Counted from the first letter of the stretch, positions 10,253 through 20,892 are shown. The stretch is 60,948 nucleotides of DNA from an uncultured virus (IMG/VR IMGVR_UViG_3300048587_001148) (IMGVR_UViG_3300048587_001148); one strand, 5' to 3'. Notes: generated by a model not told the origin, from the sequence alone. Program-made: numbers and translations.

Positions 10253-11272
10253 ATGCCTGTCGACCCGCCTGTTTCCCTCTCTCCATTCCCTGATGACGAC
10301 AGCCTCGGCCTGCCCGAGTGGTGCCCGCGCGCCCCTGCATGCCTGCCGCCGCAGGACGGCGCGATGGAGGCGTTCTGGACCATGCTGGTCTCGGCGGCTC
10401 GCTCCCCCACGCTCACCGACGCCGGCCGCCGGTTCATGGCGGAGGGTCTCCTGGAGCGTCCGGGCCGCGGCAACGTGCTGGTGCCATACATTCCGCTTTT
10501 CACGGCGGCAGCCCGATCGGTGCCTCCCCTCCCGGCGCCAAGGGGTCTACCGGTCCGCCCGAAGCGGTCCTCAGCACGCGGGCTCACAGACGGGCGCCCC
10601 CGCGGGAGCGACACCACACTGGTGGGCATCGACGGCCTGTTGGCCCGCCTCACGCGTGAGCGACACACCGTCCTCCCTCGACGGAGCGAGGTGTTGCTGG
10701 CGCTCGAGCATGACATCGCGACCGGCAATGAATTCGGAGCCAGTGACAGCCTCGTCGCTTACCTTTCCCGCGCACGACCCCGCAGCGATCGTGCGTCGAA
10801 TATCCTCTCCCTGCTCGTCGGCGCGTCCTTCGCCTGCCGTCTGGAGTGGACGCGACGCCCCCCCGCTGACTGGTGGTGGCCGGTATTGACCAAGGTCTGC
10901 CAATCCATCTGGCCGGATGAGGCGCTGCCCGCACTCCCGGCGGCTTTCTTGCCCCCCGACGTCGTTGACGCCTTGGTGCGTAAACCCTCCACCCAGTGGC
11001 GCACCTTGCGCTCGCTCATGCTCACCCCGGCGATGACGCCAGAGCAACTCATGGTCATCATCGCGCACCCCGCTGCGCCGCATGGCGATCCCAAGAGTAC
11101 CTCGTATGACGATGGCCAGGTGATGGCGGATCTCTTGCGCTACCGCCGCGACCTGCCGACACTCGCGCCGCATCTCCTCCCGGTGCTGCTCGGTCACCCC
11201 TTGCCGGCGCTGGCCGCCGTCGGCCTCGAGGTGGCAACGCATGGGCGCCAGCTCGAGGCTCGTGGTGTGTGA
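10253..11272 (+). CDS. unknown paralogue family, member 2
   Basis: same motif blocks as member 1. Confidence 0.85.
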   Translation: MPVDPPVSLSPFPDDDSLGLPEWCPRAPACLPPQDGAMEAFWTMLVSAARSPTLTDAGRRFMAEGLLERPGRGNVLVPYIPLFTAAARSVPPLPAPRGLPVRPKRSSARGLTDGRPRGSDTTLVGIDGLLARLTRERHTVLPRRSEVLLALEHDIATGNEFGASDSLVAYLSRARPRSDRASNILSLLVGASFACRLEWTRRPPADWWWPVLTKVCQSIWPDEALPALPAAFLPPDVVDALVRKPSTQWRTLRSLMLTPAMTPEQLMVIIAHPAAPHGDPKSTSYDDGQVMADLLRYRRDLPTLAPHLLPVLLGHPLPALAAVGLEVATHGRQLEARGV

Positions 11273-11320
11273 TGTGACCCCATGCGAATGATCCACTGCG
11301 TGGCGGGACGGCGTCGGGAG

Positions 11321-11326
11321 TATGGT
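11321..11326 (+). promoter_or_regulatory. -10 box TATGGT, leaderless start
   Basis: TATGGT-N5-ATG(11332). Confidence 0.6.
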
Positions 11327-11331
11327 CCGGG

Positions 11332-12318
11332 ATGACCACGATTCCTGCTTTTGATGTATTGTCGCCGTTCCCCTCGCCATTTCCGGACGACGACACGCTG
11401 GGGCTCCCTGACTGGTGTCCCCGAGCGCCTGATCCCATCGGCGGGATCGCGGCTGTTCTCGCCGTCATCTTCTCCCCAACGCTGACCGTGGCTGGCCGTC
11501 GCTTCATGGCCCGGACGTTGGCCCACCAATCTGGGATCGGCGCATATCTGGTGTCCCTTCATCAGGCGCTCATGGTCGCGGACCGGGCCCAACGTCCCTT
11601 GCCGCCGCTCGTCGCGGTCCCGTGCAATACGGCCGAGCGCATCCTGCCGCCGGCGTACACGCAGGTCCCTTCGGCGACCAGAGCGATCATCCGCCGCGCC
11701 GAGGGTCGAGCCTTCCGGGACCTCTCGCCGGAGGAGGTCATGGATGCGATTGGTGCCGACCTGGTGGCCGATGAGGAGGTTGTGGCGAATGCGGTAGTCG
11801 TCCGCTATCTCGCACGACATGCGGATGCCAAATTTTCCTTGGGTGTCGCCGCCCCCCTGCTGCGCGCATCGTTCGCCTATCGTCTCCCCTGGACGCGGCA
11901 CGCACCAGACATCTGGTGGTGGCCGCTGCTGGAGTCACGGTTGGTCCACGACACCCTCGCCTCGCTCTTGTCCGTCCTGCCCGCGGCCTTCTTCCCTCCC
12001 GACGCCATGCTGCGGATCGTCCGGAAGGCTGGCCTGTCACCGATCACTCTCCGCGCGATCGCCCTCTCCCCATGGGCCACACCTGAGGTGCTGATTGAGG
12101 TGTGCCGGCAGACTCGCGTGCCTCCTCTGGACGCCACATCCCCGCCTGCGTTTCTTGGCGGCGGCACGCTCTCTAACATGCTCCGCTGCCGGCGTGATCT
12201 GAACACCCTCGCGCCACAGCTCCTCCCGGTGCTCCTGGGGCACCCGCATGGTGAGCTCGCGGCCCTCGGATTGGATCTCGCGACCACCGCACGCTGTCGC
12301 GGCCAATCCTTACTGTGA
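11332..12318 (+). CDS. unknown paralogue family, member 3
   Basis: same motif blocks as member 1. Confidence 0.85.
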   Translation: MTTIPAFDVLSPFPSPFPDDDTLGLPDWCPRAPDPIGGIAAVLAVIFSPTLTVAGRRFMARTLAHQSGIGAYLVSLHQALMVADRAQRPLPPLVAVPCNTAERILPPAYTQVPSATRAIIRRAEGRAFRDLSPEEVMDAIGADLVADEEVVANAVVVRYLARHADAKFSLGVAAPLLRASFAYRLPWTRHAPDIWWWPLLESRLVHDTLASLLSVLPAAFFPPDAMLRIVRKAGLSPITLRAIALSPWATPEVLIEVCRQTRVPPLDATSPPAFLGGGTLSNMLRCRRDLNTLAPQLLPVLLGHPHGELAALGLDLATTARCRGQSLL

Positions 12319-12397
12319 ACCTGCGATACGCCAATCGTCCCTCCTGGGTTAGACCCGGAGCGCGTTGTTGTATCGGGCCTGCCATCGGGTTGTCGTG

Positions 12398-12403
12398 TAT
12401 GGT
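12398..12403 (+). promoter_or_regulatory. -10 box TATGGT, leaderless start
   Basis: TATGGT-N5-ATG(12409). Confidence 0.6.
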
Positions 12404-12408
12404 GACGC

Positions 12409-13344
12409 ATGATTGCCTCCCCGCAGTGGCCAACCTCTCCCTTCCCTGATGACGACAGTCTGGGTTTGCCGGCCTGGTGCCCGCGGGCCCCCAACCCATG
12501 GCCTGAGCAGTCCCCTTCGCTGTCCCTGCTCCGTGCTGTGGCGCTCTCCCCAACGCTGACCAGGGCTGGCCGGCGTTTCATGTACCACTGGATGTCCCAA
12601 TTTCTCGTCTCTGGCACCGCCGCCCGCGCCTTCGAGGTTCTGGTATATCGCGCCTCGGGATATCGTCCAGCACCCCGGATTGGGCCTCCGCCCCCAGACG
12701 ATGCCGGGTCTGCGCTGCAGGCCTTATTGCGGAAGGCCAAACGCCGCTCGGATGGCCTGATGCACCTGGACGAAACCTGCACCGCCATCGACACCGATGT
12801 GAGCTCCGGTCGGGTCACGGCGATGGAGCAGGCGATGGTGCGCTTCTTTCGGGCAGCCCCCTTGAACTCGCCGGCGCGCCTGGCACAGGACATCAACACG
12901 ACACTCTTGGTGGAGCTCTCTTTTGTGTCCGATCTCCCATGGACCCAGGCCGCACCCGCGCAGTGGTGGTGGCCGACCCTGGATCGTCTGGCCCATCGGG
13001 TCTGGGGTGGCCGTATTCTCCCCCTGCTGCCCGCAGCCTTCCTGCCTCGAGAGCGCCTGGCGGCCATCATCGACGACCCCGAGATCGGCCCGGATGTCCT
13101 CGCGTACGCGCACTTGTGTCCTACAGCGGACCCGTCTCTGGTCGCCGCCTGCGTCGAGGGGCTCCGGGTAAGGCATTCTCCGGCGAGCGGGCCAGAGTTG
13201 CTCGCCACGCTCCGCGTGCGCCGAGACCTCCCCGCCTTGGCCCCCGTGCTGACACCGATCCTGTTGGGACACCCGGTGCCGCAGCTGGCAGCGCTCGGCC
13301 TCGAGTTGCTGGCCGGCCATCATCCCCCCGTTCCGACCCGATAG
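12409..13344 (+). CDS. unknown paralogue family, member 4
   Basis: same motif blocks as member 1. Confidence 0.85.
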   Translation: MIASPQWPTSPFPDDDSLGLPAWCPRAPNPWPEQSPSLSLLRAVALSPTLTRAGRRFMYHWMSQFLVSGTAARAFEVLVYRASGYRPAPRIGPPPPDDAGSALQALLRKAKRRSDGLMHLDETCTAIDTDVSSGRVTAMEQAMVRFFRAAPLNSPARLAQDINTTLLVELSFVSDLPWTQAAPAQWWWPTLDRLAHRVWGGRILPLLPAAFLPRERLAAIIDDPEIGPDVLAYAHLCPTADPSLVAACVEGLRVRHSPASGPELLATLRVRRDLPALAPVLTPILLGHPVPQLAALGLELLAGHHPPVPTR

Positions 13345-13432
13345 AGGTGGTGCTCCCGGGCGATCGGCTGGGCAAACCCGGGGCGAGGGTCCCATGATGT
13401 GAGATTCGGTGGCCAGGCCGTGACGGGGTGCT

Positions 13433-14320
13433 GTGTCGAAGGCAGCCAACGGCGTATGGTTCGAGTGTTACATGGTACACACCCCTGTTCGGGAGCGGAT
13501 GTCACGGATGCCTTCACCTGCCAAGGAACCTCTCGTCGCCGAAGCTGAGGCGCTTTACGCCGACTGGCTCCGCGGAGAGTGCTCACTCTTTTCCCCCGAA
13601 GAGGTCGCCGCGACCCCCTCCGTGCGTTTTCACGTCAAATTCCGCCGAGGGACCCCCGTCCTGGCCATGGGCATCACGATGGCCGAAGGATGTGAGACCT
13701 TTGTCGCGTACGATCAAGGGCATGCGCGCGACGCGGCGCATCTTGCCCTGCGACGCCTCCGCCAGCTGACACCCACCCTGCGTGTGGTCGCTGACGCCGT
13801 CGGTATGCGCGGCCGAGACTTTCAGGCGCCGCGGTGGATGACGGACTGCGCCATGCTCGGCGTCGTGGCCAGTTACGAGTCGGACTGGGCCGCCGCCTTG
13901 CTCCAGGAGTGTGTGGCACCGCTCATGGATCGCGCGATCGCCGCGACGGAACAGGATATCGCCCCGCACCTCGCATGGGGGGAGGGCACCACGGCGTTCA
14001 ACCGGGATGGGACGCGTGCCCATTTTACGCTGCCCCTCCTTCGCCAGCGTGACGGCGCGCCCATGGTCGAGTTGTCCCTCGAGGCGCACCTACAGCATGA
14101 CTCCACGCAACTCTTCGGCGCCAAGTTCGCACTCATCGCACGAACCCTCCCTGTGCATGTTCCTGTTGTCGGGGCGTGGCTGTGGCGTCGCCTGTTGGCG
14201 CACACGACCTCGATGGTGATTCCCATCCAGGACACGATCAAGGCGACCTCGCGGAACCCCTTGCGCGTGCTCTTGCGTTTCCCCGTCCTGGTGGCCAGCA
14301 TCGCAAGGCGCTTTCCGTGA
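13433..14320 (+). CDS. hypothetical protein; true start probably 13472-13508
   Basis: long ORF; TATGGT at 13455-13460 suggests a later start. Confidence 0.6.
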   Translation: MSKAANGVWFECYMVHTPVRERMSRMPSPAKEPLVAEAEALYADWLRGECSLFSPEEVAATPSVRFHVKFRRGTPVLAMGITMAEGCETFVAYDQGHARDAAHLALRRLRQLTPTLRVVADAVGMRGRDFQAPRWMTDCAMLGVVASYESDWAAALLQECVAPLMDRAIAATEQDIAPHLAWGEGTTAFNRDGTRAHFTLPLLRQRDGAPMVELSLEAHLQHDSTQLFGAKFALIARTLPVHVPVVGAWLWRRLLAHTTSMVIPIQDTIKATSRNPLRVLLRFPVLVASIARRFP

Positions 14321-14429
14321 AGAGCCTGATCGCCGCCGCTGCTGCTCAGGGGCAGGTGCTTCGAGCTTGCACTGGCGCGTCGCGTGAGGGTTGTCTCGCC
14401 AGCGCCGGCTACCCCATGGTGGAGTGGAT

Positions 14430-14503
14430 GGCCTCGTAGCTCAGGCGGTTAGAGCAGCGGACTCATAATCTGAAGGTCGGGTGTTCGACTCACCCCGGGG
14501 CCA
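14430..14503 (+). tRNA. tRNA-CAT (Ile2 or elongator Met)
   Basis: GGCCTCG/CGGGGCC acceptor stem, CT-CAT-AA loop, TTCGA T-loop. Confidence 0.85.
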
Positions 14504-14654
14504 TGGCTCCGCGCGTGACCATACGGTAGGAGCCCAGAGATTCTGCCACAGCAGCTCTCAGGGACTGGACGCAGCCTCGGCGGTCATACGCCGAGGTTGC
14601 GTCGTTTTGGGTGTGGCGACTCACATCCTCCGGCTCGCCTCCCCACGTGAACGT

Positions 14655-15101
14655 TCAGGGGCCGCGCTCGATCTCCGAATCGAGTACGGGTTCCCAGGCG
14701 AGATACTCATGGGGTGTGACGCCGCAGGGGTTGTGGACGGCATACGCCCAATGCCCATGCCCACCTACCGGGCTGAGGGCGTGCAGCATCTCATGTTTGA
14801 CCAGCCCGGAGTGTGTCACGTACGGCGCCGCCAGTTGGATGAGGCGACGATCCCGAAAGTACACGCCCCCGACTTCGCGTTCCTTCCTGGGGATCAGATC
14901 GCTGGCCACAATCTCCCACTGTACGGAAGTGAAGTCACCAGACATCCCCGTACACGCCTCGAGCTCCTGCCACCAACGCGCGTACGCCGGCGGCGGCACA
15001 AGGTTGCTTGTCTTGTCAGCCCATGCTGCCGTGGGGTGCTCGCCACAGGCGGCAAGCGACATCACGCTCGCGACGACCCAACGCCATTCCCTCATGTCCA
15101 C
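14655..15101 (-). CDS. lipoprotein with HExxH motif
   Basis: lipobox LAAC; VKHEMLHAL. Confidence 0.7.
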   Translation of the reverse strand: MDMREWRWVVASVMSLAACGEHPTAAWADKTSNLVPPPAYARWWQELEACTGMSGDFTSVQWEIVASDLIPRKEREVGGVYFRDRRLIQLAAPYVTHSGLVKHEMLHALSPVGGHGHWAYAVHNPCGVTPHEYLAWEPVLDSEIERGP

Positions 15102-15232
15102 CTCCGAAGCACGAGGTGGGATGAGGGATTAGGATGTCGTCAAGTCTCTCGCATGTGGTGCAGCTCGCCATGCGCCACTGCGGTCGGCGGGGCGCGCCTC
15201 GTCCAGGGAAGTTTGCCTCCCTGGACTTTGGT

Positions 15233-15637
15233 TTAGTCGCCGAAGTCCCATCCGGTCGGGAGGCGTTCGCCCATCATTTCGAGCGCCTCGGCGACTTCCA
15301 GCTCCCAGGCGGCCGTGACCGCCCGCGTTGGGTCATTCCGGATTTTCTCATGCTGGTTGCGGGTGTCGCGCAGCGCCACGGCAGCGCTTTCCGCCACGAG
15401 CGCTCGGAACTGAGCTTCTTTCCTGGCGTTCCATGTCGCGATCGCGGGGCCACCCATTTCCTCGATTCCCGCGAGTGCCAGATCGAGTTCTACATGGAAG
15501 TAGGGGCATCGCTCACCGAGGCCCGAGAGGTCGAGGTAGGACCGGAGTCGCGCGATGGTATGTAGGGTACGCGAGCGGCCGCCGTGCAATCGCAGGTACG
15601 AGCGGGCGACATCCAGGGGCGCAGGGGAATGCGACAT
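15233..15637 (-). CDS. hypothetical protein
   Basis: ATG at 15637 after GGAGG. Confidence 0.6.
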   Translation of the reverse strand: MSHSPAPLDVARSYLRLHGGRSRTLHTIARLRSYLDLSGLGERCPYFHVELDLALAGIEEMGGPAIATWNARKEAQFRALVAESAAVALRDTRNQHEKIRNDPTRAVTAAWELEVAEALEMMGERLPTGWDFGD

Positions 15638-15961
15638 GTCGATCCCTCCGTGGAGATCAGTCGAACCAGCAGGGACATCCCGCCGTGTGTCGCCGGGGCC
15701 CTCAACCATCAGCGCCGGCTTCCCCCACCATGCCCCCCGTGCAGCCGTATCCCGTGGATCGACTCCCGACCTTCCAGCGATCGGCCGTTTATGGCTACCG
15801 TCGGAATCATACCCGCCACTCGGGGGCCTGACAGTAGCGTGGGCCCGTAGTGCCAGGACCAGGCTCTCGCGAGACCGGTGTGGGCATTTCCTGGGCAGGC
15901 TCTCGGGCGCCGGACGGCGTTCTGACTACCCCTGGCCGGCGGGGCTCCTCCACTCTCGAGC

Positions 15962-18900
15962 ATGACCTCCCCGTTTGACGCCCCCCTCCGTCCGCCGGAG
16001 CTGATCGTCCCCGGCCTGACGATGGCTGGTGTGCGATCCGCCCACTGGCCAGCTGGTCCCGCCGGTGACAGGGTGCTCGGGGAAGAGTGGCGGCAAGCAG
16101 CCCAGCCCCACGTACGCGGGCTCGCCGCCCATCGACCAGATCTCGCCGCCTGGCTGCGTCGCTGGGGGGCAGATGAGATGGTCCCGCTCGAGCCGCTCCA
16201 CCCCGGCCGCCCACCAGGCTTCCTGAAGGAGCCGTGGCCAGTCGACGCGGAGCTCCTACATTTCGAGGGGCGCCTCGGGGCAGAGCGTTTCGCCGAGGGC
16301 CTCCACGCCATCGCGCTCGAGGCGACGCGCATGACCCAGCACGTCTGTGCCCCCACGCTCTGGGTTGCCTTGGGCGGATTTGACCCTGACGGCGAACAGG
16401 CTGCCCTGTGGGTACCAGTGATACTGACGCATGAGGGGCGCGCGCTCGGCCTGCGCCTCGACCCCTACCAGCTCCCCCTCCGGGGCGCCCCGGGCGCACC
16501 ACCAGTCGCCCTCGAGCGGTCGGCATGGGAGGCGCTTCTGGCAGACCCCGAGGGCTGGCTGGCTGGCCGCGAGGCGCCAATCTATGCGACGGCCGTCTTG
16601 CAGGCCAGCGCGCCCACCTACCGCGCCTGGGAAGCCGTGGTCACCGGTGGCGGCCTGCCTCCGGCGGAGGAGATGCCACTCGTCGGCAGTCTTCTCGACA
16701 ACGCACCGATTCCCGTCGTCGGCCCCCGGCCGCCCTGGCCGGATGTGATCCGTGCCATCTGGATGCCAGAGCACTTGGATGCCAGCCAAGCTGAGGCCGT
16801 CTGGGCCAGTACCCGCGTCCCCATCTTGCGCGTGGTCGGACGCACCGGTCAGGGCGTCACGACCACCCTGGGCATGATCGCATGTCAGGCGCTGCGCCGC
16901 GGGGAGAGTGTCCGATGGTTGGTCCCAGACGGTGAAGCCGCACGGGCCGCGGAAGACCTCATCGACCGCCTGTTGGCCCCTGGCCCGACACCGAAGCCGG
17001 CCGCACTCGCTCCGGATCCCGTGTTTCGTCCCATGGCCCTCGTGGACCAGGCATGGGAAACGCTCCTGACCCAGCTGCGTCCGTGGTTCACCGCCCGCGG
17101 CGCTGGAGGAACGATCGCTGGCGGGGTCGCCGCTCTGTACGCGGCGCCCAGTATTGAGCGCCTCCCCATCCCTGAGGGGTGGGCACAGCATGTGAGTCCC
17201 GCCGCGGTCCGAGAGGCGCTGGATCGACTCGCCGCCTGGAGTGATCCGGCGCGTGCGGTGCCAGATGACTCGCCCTGGCGCGCATGTGAACGTCTCCCAC
17301 GGACCCCCCAGGCGCAGGCACTCGTGGACGACCTGCTGGCTCATGGCCGGGCGAGCTTGGTGGTCCTCCTCGAAGACAGCGCCGCCATCGAGGCGCACTG
17401 GGGCATCGAGCCCCCCACCGCCCTGGGGGAGCTCGAGGCCTGGCTCGAGCGGGTCCGCCATGCGGTCGCGTGCCCCTTCCCCGAGACCGCGCCGACCGTC
17501 AGTTGGTCGAACCGGCGCGTGGTGTTACAAACCGCGATGGAGCTGATGCAGGGCTGGCAGCCTGGGGCGCCCCCGCGGGCGCCGGAGGGCACCACCTGGC
17601 ATGCGGAGGCGACAGCCGCGGCACGCGCTACGCAGCGGGGGTGGGCCGGACGGCGCGATCGCAAGCAGCTGCTCGCCCGGTGGGGAGCCACGGGGGATGA
17701 CGCCGCCATCTGGGATACGTGGCGCCTGCGCGTGATGGGATGGGCCGCCTACGAGCGTGGCCTGGCGTATCGAGAGCACGCGGAGCCTGTCTTGACCCCG
17801 TCCTGGCCGCAGGACTGGGAATGGAGCCCGACCACGATCCGCCAATTGCTCCAGTGGATGACGATCGCCGAGAAGTGGTACGGCCCGGAGCGTCCCGAGT
17901 TCACGGCCGATCGATTCGTCCTCCCCCTCCCCGATGCCGACCAGCGCCTGGAACAGCTTGCCTTCGCCGTCACCACCATCCAGTACGTGATCGATCGCCT
18001 TGTCGTGACCGCGGGGGCCGCGGAGTCATGGCGCACGGCCGCCCCCCCAGAGATTGCCACCTGGCTGGATGCCCTCAGTGCACGTCGCGAGGATCTGGAG
18101 GCGCTGGCCACGGCGCACGATCAAAGAGCGGCCCTTGAGGATACGCTGGTCCGCCCCTTCGTGCCCGATCTCCTGGCCGGCACACTGACCCCCGAGGTTG
18201 TTGCGGAGCGCTTGCCCGGCACCGCCTGGGCAGCCTGGCTCGACTGGGCGATCGCACAGGACGCGTGGGAGGCCGGTCAGGGGGTGCAAGTGGAGCACGC
18301 GATGCGAGCTGTCGCCGGCGCCCTCGAGGGAATTGTAGCGCACGATGCGGCTCATCCGCCGCGGCGTGGCCGGCTGGAGATCTTGTTGGCCGGCAGTGCA
18401 CCCGCCGCCCTCCCCGAAGCCGTCGACACGCTCATCGTCCAAGACGACCTTCTGTTGACGGTCGGCCAGGTCGTGCCTTGGCTCCAGACCGCGGCACGAC
18501 TCTATACGGCCGGCGGTCGCGTCTTGGCGGCGCCGACAGAACTCGCCCTCGGAACGCGGCTGGGCGACGCCTTGGTGGCGCAGGGGGTGCCCGCGGTGAC
18601 ATTGCGGTGGCGACACCGCCCTGCCTCGACCCTGACGGGGGCGCTGCTGCATGCCCATGCCGCCACGGTGCAGTGGGTCCCCTTCGCGGATCAGGGCATG
18701 CATGCCGCCGGATGGCATGTCCTCCATGGCGACGCGCCGGCCATCGAGCGGATCCTGACCTGGTGTCGCCACGCCCCATGGCAACCCAATGTGCTCTTTG
18801 TCACCCCGACCGTGACCGATGCCATCGCGCTACGGACGCGTCTCTTGCAGGGCGACGCGGAAGGTCGCGCCTGGGGCGGCTGGAGCGCCACCGACGTCTA

Positions 18901-19528
18901 TCCTATCACGGCTCTGCCCGCCTTCGCCCCGTCGATCGTGGTGCTCGCCGGTGAGCCCGCCGCCTTCCTGGCCGCCTCCCCCGATGATCAGGCCCACCTG
19001 GCGACGGCCCTCCTGGAGGCCTCCCACCACGCGGTGGTCGTCAGCCCCCAGGATGTGGCCGCCGCGCTGGCCCTGACCGACGATCCGATGTGTCTCCCCG
19101 TCCTGCGTGATTTCTGGCGCGTCGTCCTGCAGGGCCGTCTCGAGCATGCCCGCGGGCCCGAATGGCAGGGCGCGCTCTGCCGTCGATTTGCCTCCGCAGA
19201 CCGGTGGGGCGATCGCGGCCGCGGTGGAGGCGACGGAGCCCCGGTGGTTGCTGTCGGATGGTGGCGAGAGCCCGACCGCTACCGTGTCGCCGTCATGGGC
19301 TACACCGACGGCTGGGATGCGGGCGACCGCCTGCATGACCGCACCCTTATCGTGCCACACTTACTCAAGCGCCACGGCTGGCAGCAGGCATGGTGGTGGC
19401 CCCTGGATCATCTACGTGAGCCCCATCGCGCCGAAGACCGCCTGCTGGGGCATCTTGGGCTCTCCGGCCGCACGCCCCCGCCGGCGCAGCCGGAAGAGCG
19501 TGACCTACCCCGCGACGGTGTCACCTAA
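15962..19528 (+). CDS. degenerate DUF4011 / SF1 helicase / Vsr-like (Hhe-type architecture) protein
   Basis: TLWVALG...LWVPVIL (DUF4011-like); LDASQAEAV then GRTGQGVTT (Walker A lacking Lys); C-terminal RLHDRT...KRHGW...WPLDH resembles the REase/Vsr tail. Confidence 0.6.
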   Translation: MTSPFDAPLRPPELIVPGLTMAGVRSAHWPAGPAGDRVLGEEWRQAAQPHVRGLAAHRPDLAAWLRRWGADEMVPLEPLHPGRPPGFLKEPWPVDAELLHFEGRLGAERFAEGLHAIALEATRMTQHVCAPTLWVALGGFDPDGEQAALWVPVILTHEGRALGLRLDPYQLPLRGAPGAPPVALERSAWEALLADPEGWLAGREAPIYATAVLQASAPTYRAWEAVVTGGGLPPAEEMPLVGSLLDNAPIPVVGPRPPWPDVIRAIWMPEHLDASQAEAVWASTRVPILRVVGRTGQGVTTTLGMIACQALRRGESVRWLVPDGEAARAAEDLIDRLLAPGPTPKPAALAPDPVFRPMALVDQAWETLLTQLRPWFTARGAGGTIAGGVAALYAAPSIERLPIPEGWAQHVSPAAVREALDRLAAWSDPARAVPDDSPWRACERLPRTPQAQALVDDLLAHGRASLVVLLEDSAAIEAHWGIEPPTALGELEAWLERVRHAVACPFPETAPTVSWSNRRVVLQTAMELMQGWQPGAPPRAPEGTTWHAEATAAARATQRGWAGRRDRKQLLARWGATGDDAAIWDTWRLRVMGWAAYERGLAYREHAEPVLTPSWPQDWEWSPTTIRQLLQWMTIAEKWYGPERPEFTADRFVLPLPDADQRLEQLAFAVTTIQYVIDRLVVTAGAAESWRTAAPPEIATWLDALSARREDLEALATAHDQRAALEDTLVRPFVPDLLAGTLTPEVVAERLPGTAWAAWLDWAIAQDAWEAGQGVQVEHAMRAVAGALEGIVAHDAAHPPRRGRLEILLAGSAPAALPEAVDTLIVQDDLLLTVGQVVPWLQTAARLYTAGGRVLAAPTELALGTRLGDALVAQGVPAVTLRWRHRPASTLTGALLHAHAATVQWVPFADQGMHAAGWHVLHGDAPAIERILTWCRHAPWQPNVLFVTPTVTDAIALRTRLLQGDAEGRAWGGWSATDVYPITALPAFAPSIVVLAGEPAAFLAASPDDQAHLATALLEASHHAVVVSPQDVAAALALTDDPMCLPVLRDFWRVVLQGRLEHARGPEWQGALCRRFASADRWGDRGRGGGDGAPVVAVGWWREPDRYRVAVMGYTDGWDAGDRLHDRTLIVPHLLKRHGWQQAWWWPLDHLREPHRAEDRLLGHLGLSGRTPPPAQPEERDLPRDGVT

Positions 19529-19725
19529 CACGCGACAGCGCACCCCGTGCGCGACAAACCTCGGCGTGTAGACCGGGGAGGGATCCCACGCATGGCTCGA
19601 CGGTGACGTGGCGGTGACCTGGCGACAGCCGGGGCCGGGGTCCGGGGGGGGGACGCGGCCCTCGCGGGCTCCGCGTATGGTCGGGTGTCGTCTCGACTAT
19701 CACCTCAGGTTCCGCGAGATATGGT

Positions 19726-20892
19726 ATGACCCACACGTCGCCCGATGCCCCTGCCCTGCAGCCCACCTGGCTCACGCCGGATCTGCCGTGGTCGCTCCCG
19801 ATGTGGCGCACCCTCCCCGCGGGCGCCCGACGTTGGCTGCTCCCCCTCCCGCTGACGGTGGCGCCCGAGCGTGCTCGACTGACCGCCGAGGCATCCGCCG
19901 TCCTGTCGCAGGGGGCCGCGGACCCGATCGCGGAGGTCGTCTGGCGGCGTGGTACCCTGGCCGACGACCTCACCCCTGACATGCGCGCCGCAGGATGGCC
20001 CCTCTTGGCCGTGCGGCCGGAAAGCGAATGGTTGCCGGCGCTTGCCCTCCATTCGACGTCAGCGGACTGGCCGCGACTCGGTGAGATGCTGCGGGACATC
20101 TGGCGGACCAAGGTCTCCCTCCAGGAGCACCTCCGCTTGGCCTCCGCTGAGACGTGGCAGGCACTCGTCTGGACGGGGTGGGATGCGATGATTCCGTCCC
20201 ACGGCCACCCCAGTGATATGGGACAGCGCCTCCGTAGTGCGCGGCACTATCGTGCCTACGTGCGTGCCAAGCGCACAGAGCCATGGCCTCCGGGGATGCT
20301 CCCGACCCCCTCCCTGTTTGACCCCGACCATCTGTCGGCCATCCTGCTCGTCGGCGGTGCTGCGGCTGAGGCCAGCATGGGCCATTGGGCGCGTACGGCG
20401 TCCCCGCGGACGGTGCTGGCTCTGGCTGATCGACTCGAAGCCAAGGTCCCCCCTCGACGCACGGGGACACCGCATGCCGCGTGGGGAGGTCTCCTGAAGG
20501 CTCTTGTGCAGCGCCAGGGCCTGGAACCCAGCCTACACGCAGGCGTGTACCATCGACTGACCCGCTGGGCCACGCACGCACTCCCCCGTGGCATGGTGCA
20601 TCCGGAAGTGCTCACGACGATCCCCGCCTGGGTGCCGCCGGCCGCCATCCTGCGCGAGATGCTCGAGACCATGCTGCCAACCACCACGAGCCAGGACCTC
20701 CCGGCCCTCCTCTGGTCCCCAGAGGTTGGCCGCCACCTCCTGGAGCGCCTGCAATACTGCGTGGCACGCTCGTCGCCCGCCTGGGGGCCCGTCGGGACCC
20801 GCGCCGTCCAGGAGCGTGCCCAATGGGAACACGACCATTCATCAGATGTGGTCGGTGGTCTAACGACAGAAGAGTGGCGCATTCCCGCCTGA
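19726..20892 (+). CDS. hypothetical protein
   Basis: 388-aa Trp/Pro/Leu-rich ORF co-directional with neighbour. Confidence 0.65.
   Translation: MTHTSPDAPALQPTWLTPDLPWSLPMWRTLPAGARRWLLPLPLTVAPERARLTAEASAVLSQGAADPIAEVVWRRGTLADDLTPDMRAAGWPLLAVRPESEWLPALALHSTSADWPRLGEMLRDIWRTKVSLQEHLRLASAETWQALVWTGWDAMIPSHGHPSDMGQRLRSARHYRAYVRAKRTEPWPPGMLPTPSLFDPDHLSAILLVGGAAAEASMGHWARTASPRTVLALADRLEAKVPPRRTGTPHAAWGGLLKALVQRQGLEPSLHAGVYHRLTRWATHALPRGMVHPEVLTTIPAWVPPAAILREMLETMLPTTTSQDLPALLWSPEVGRHLLERLQYCVARSSPAWGPVGTRAVQERAQWEHDHSSDVVGGLTTEEWRIPA

Noticed and set aside
9331..13344. Diversity-generating retroelement as the source of paralogue variation
   Set aside because: No reverse transcriptase and no near-identical template/variable repeat pair in the window
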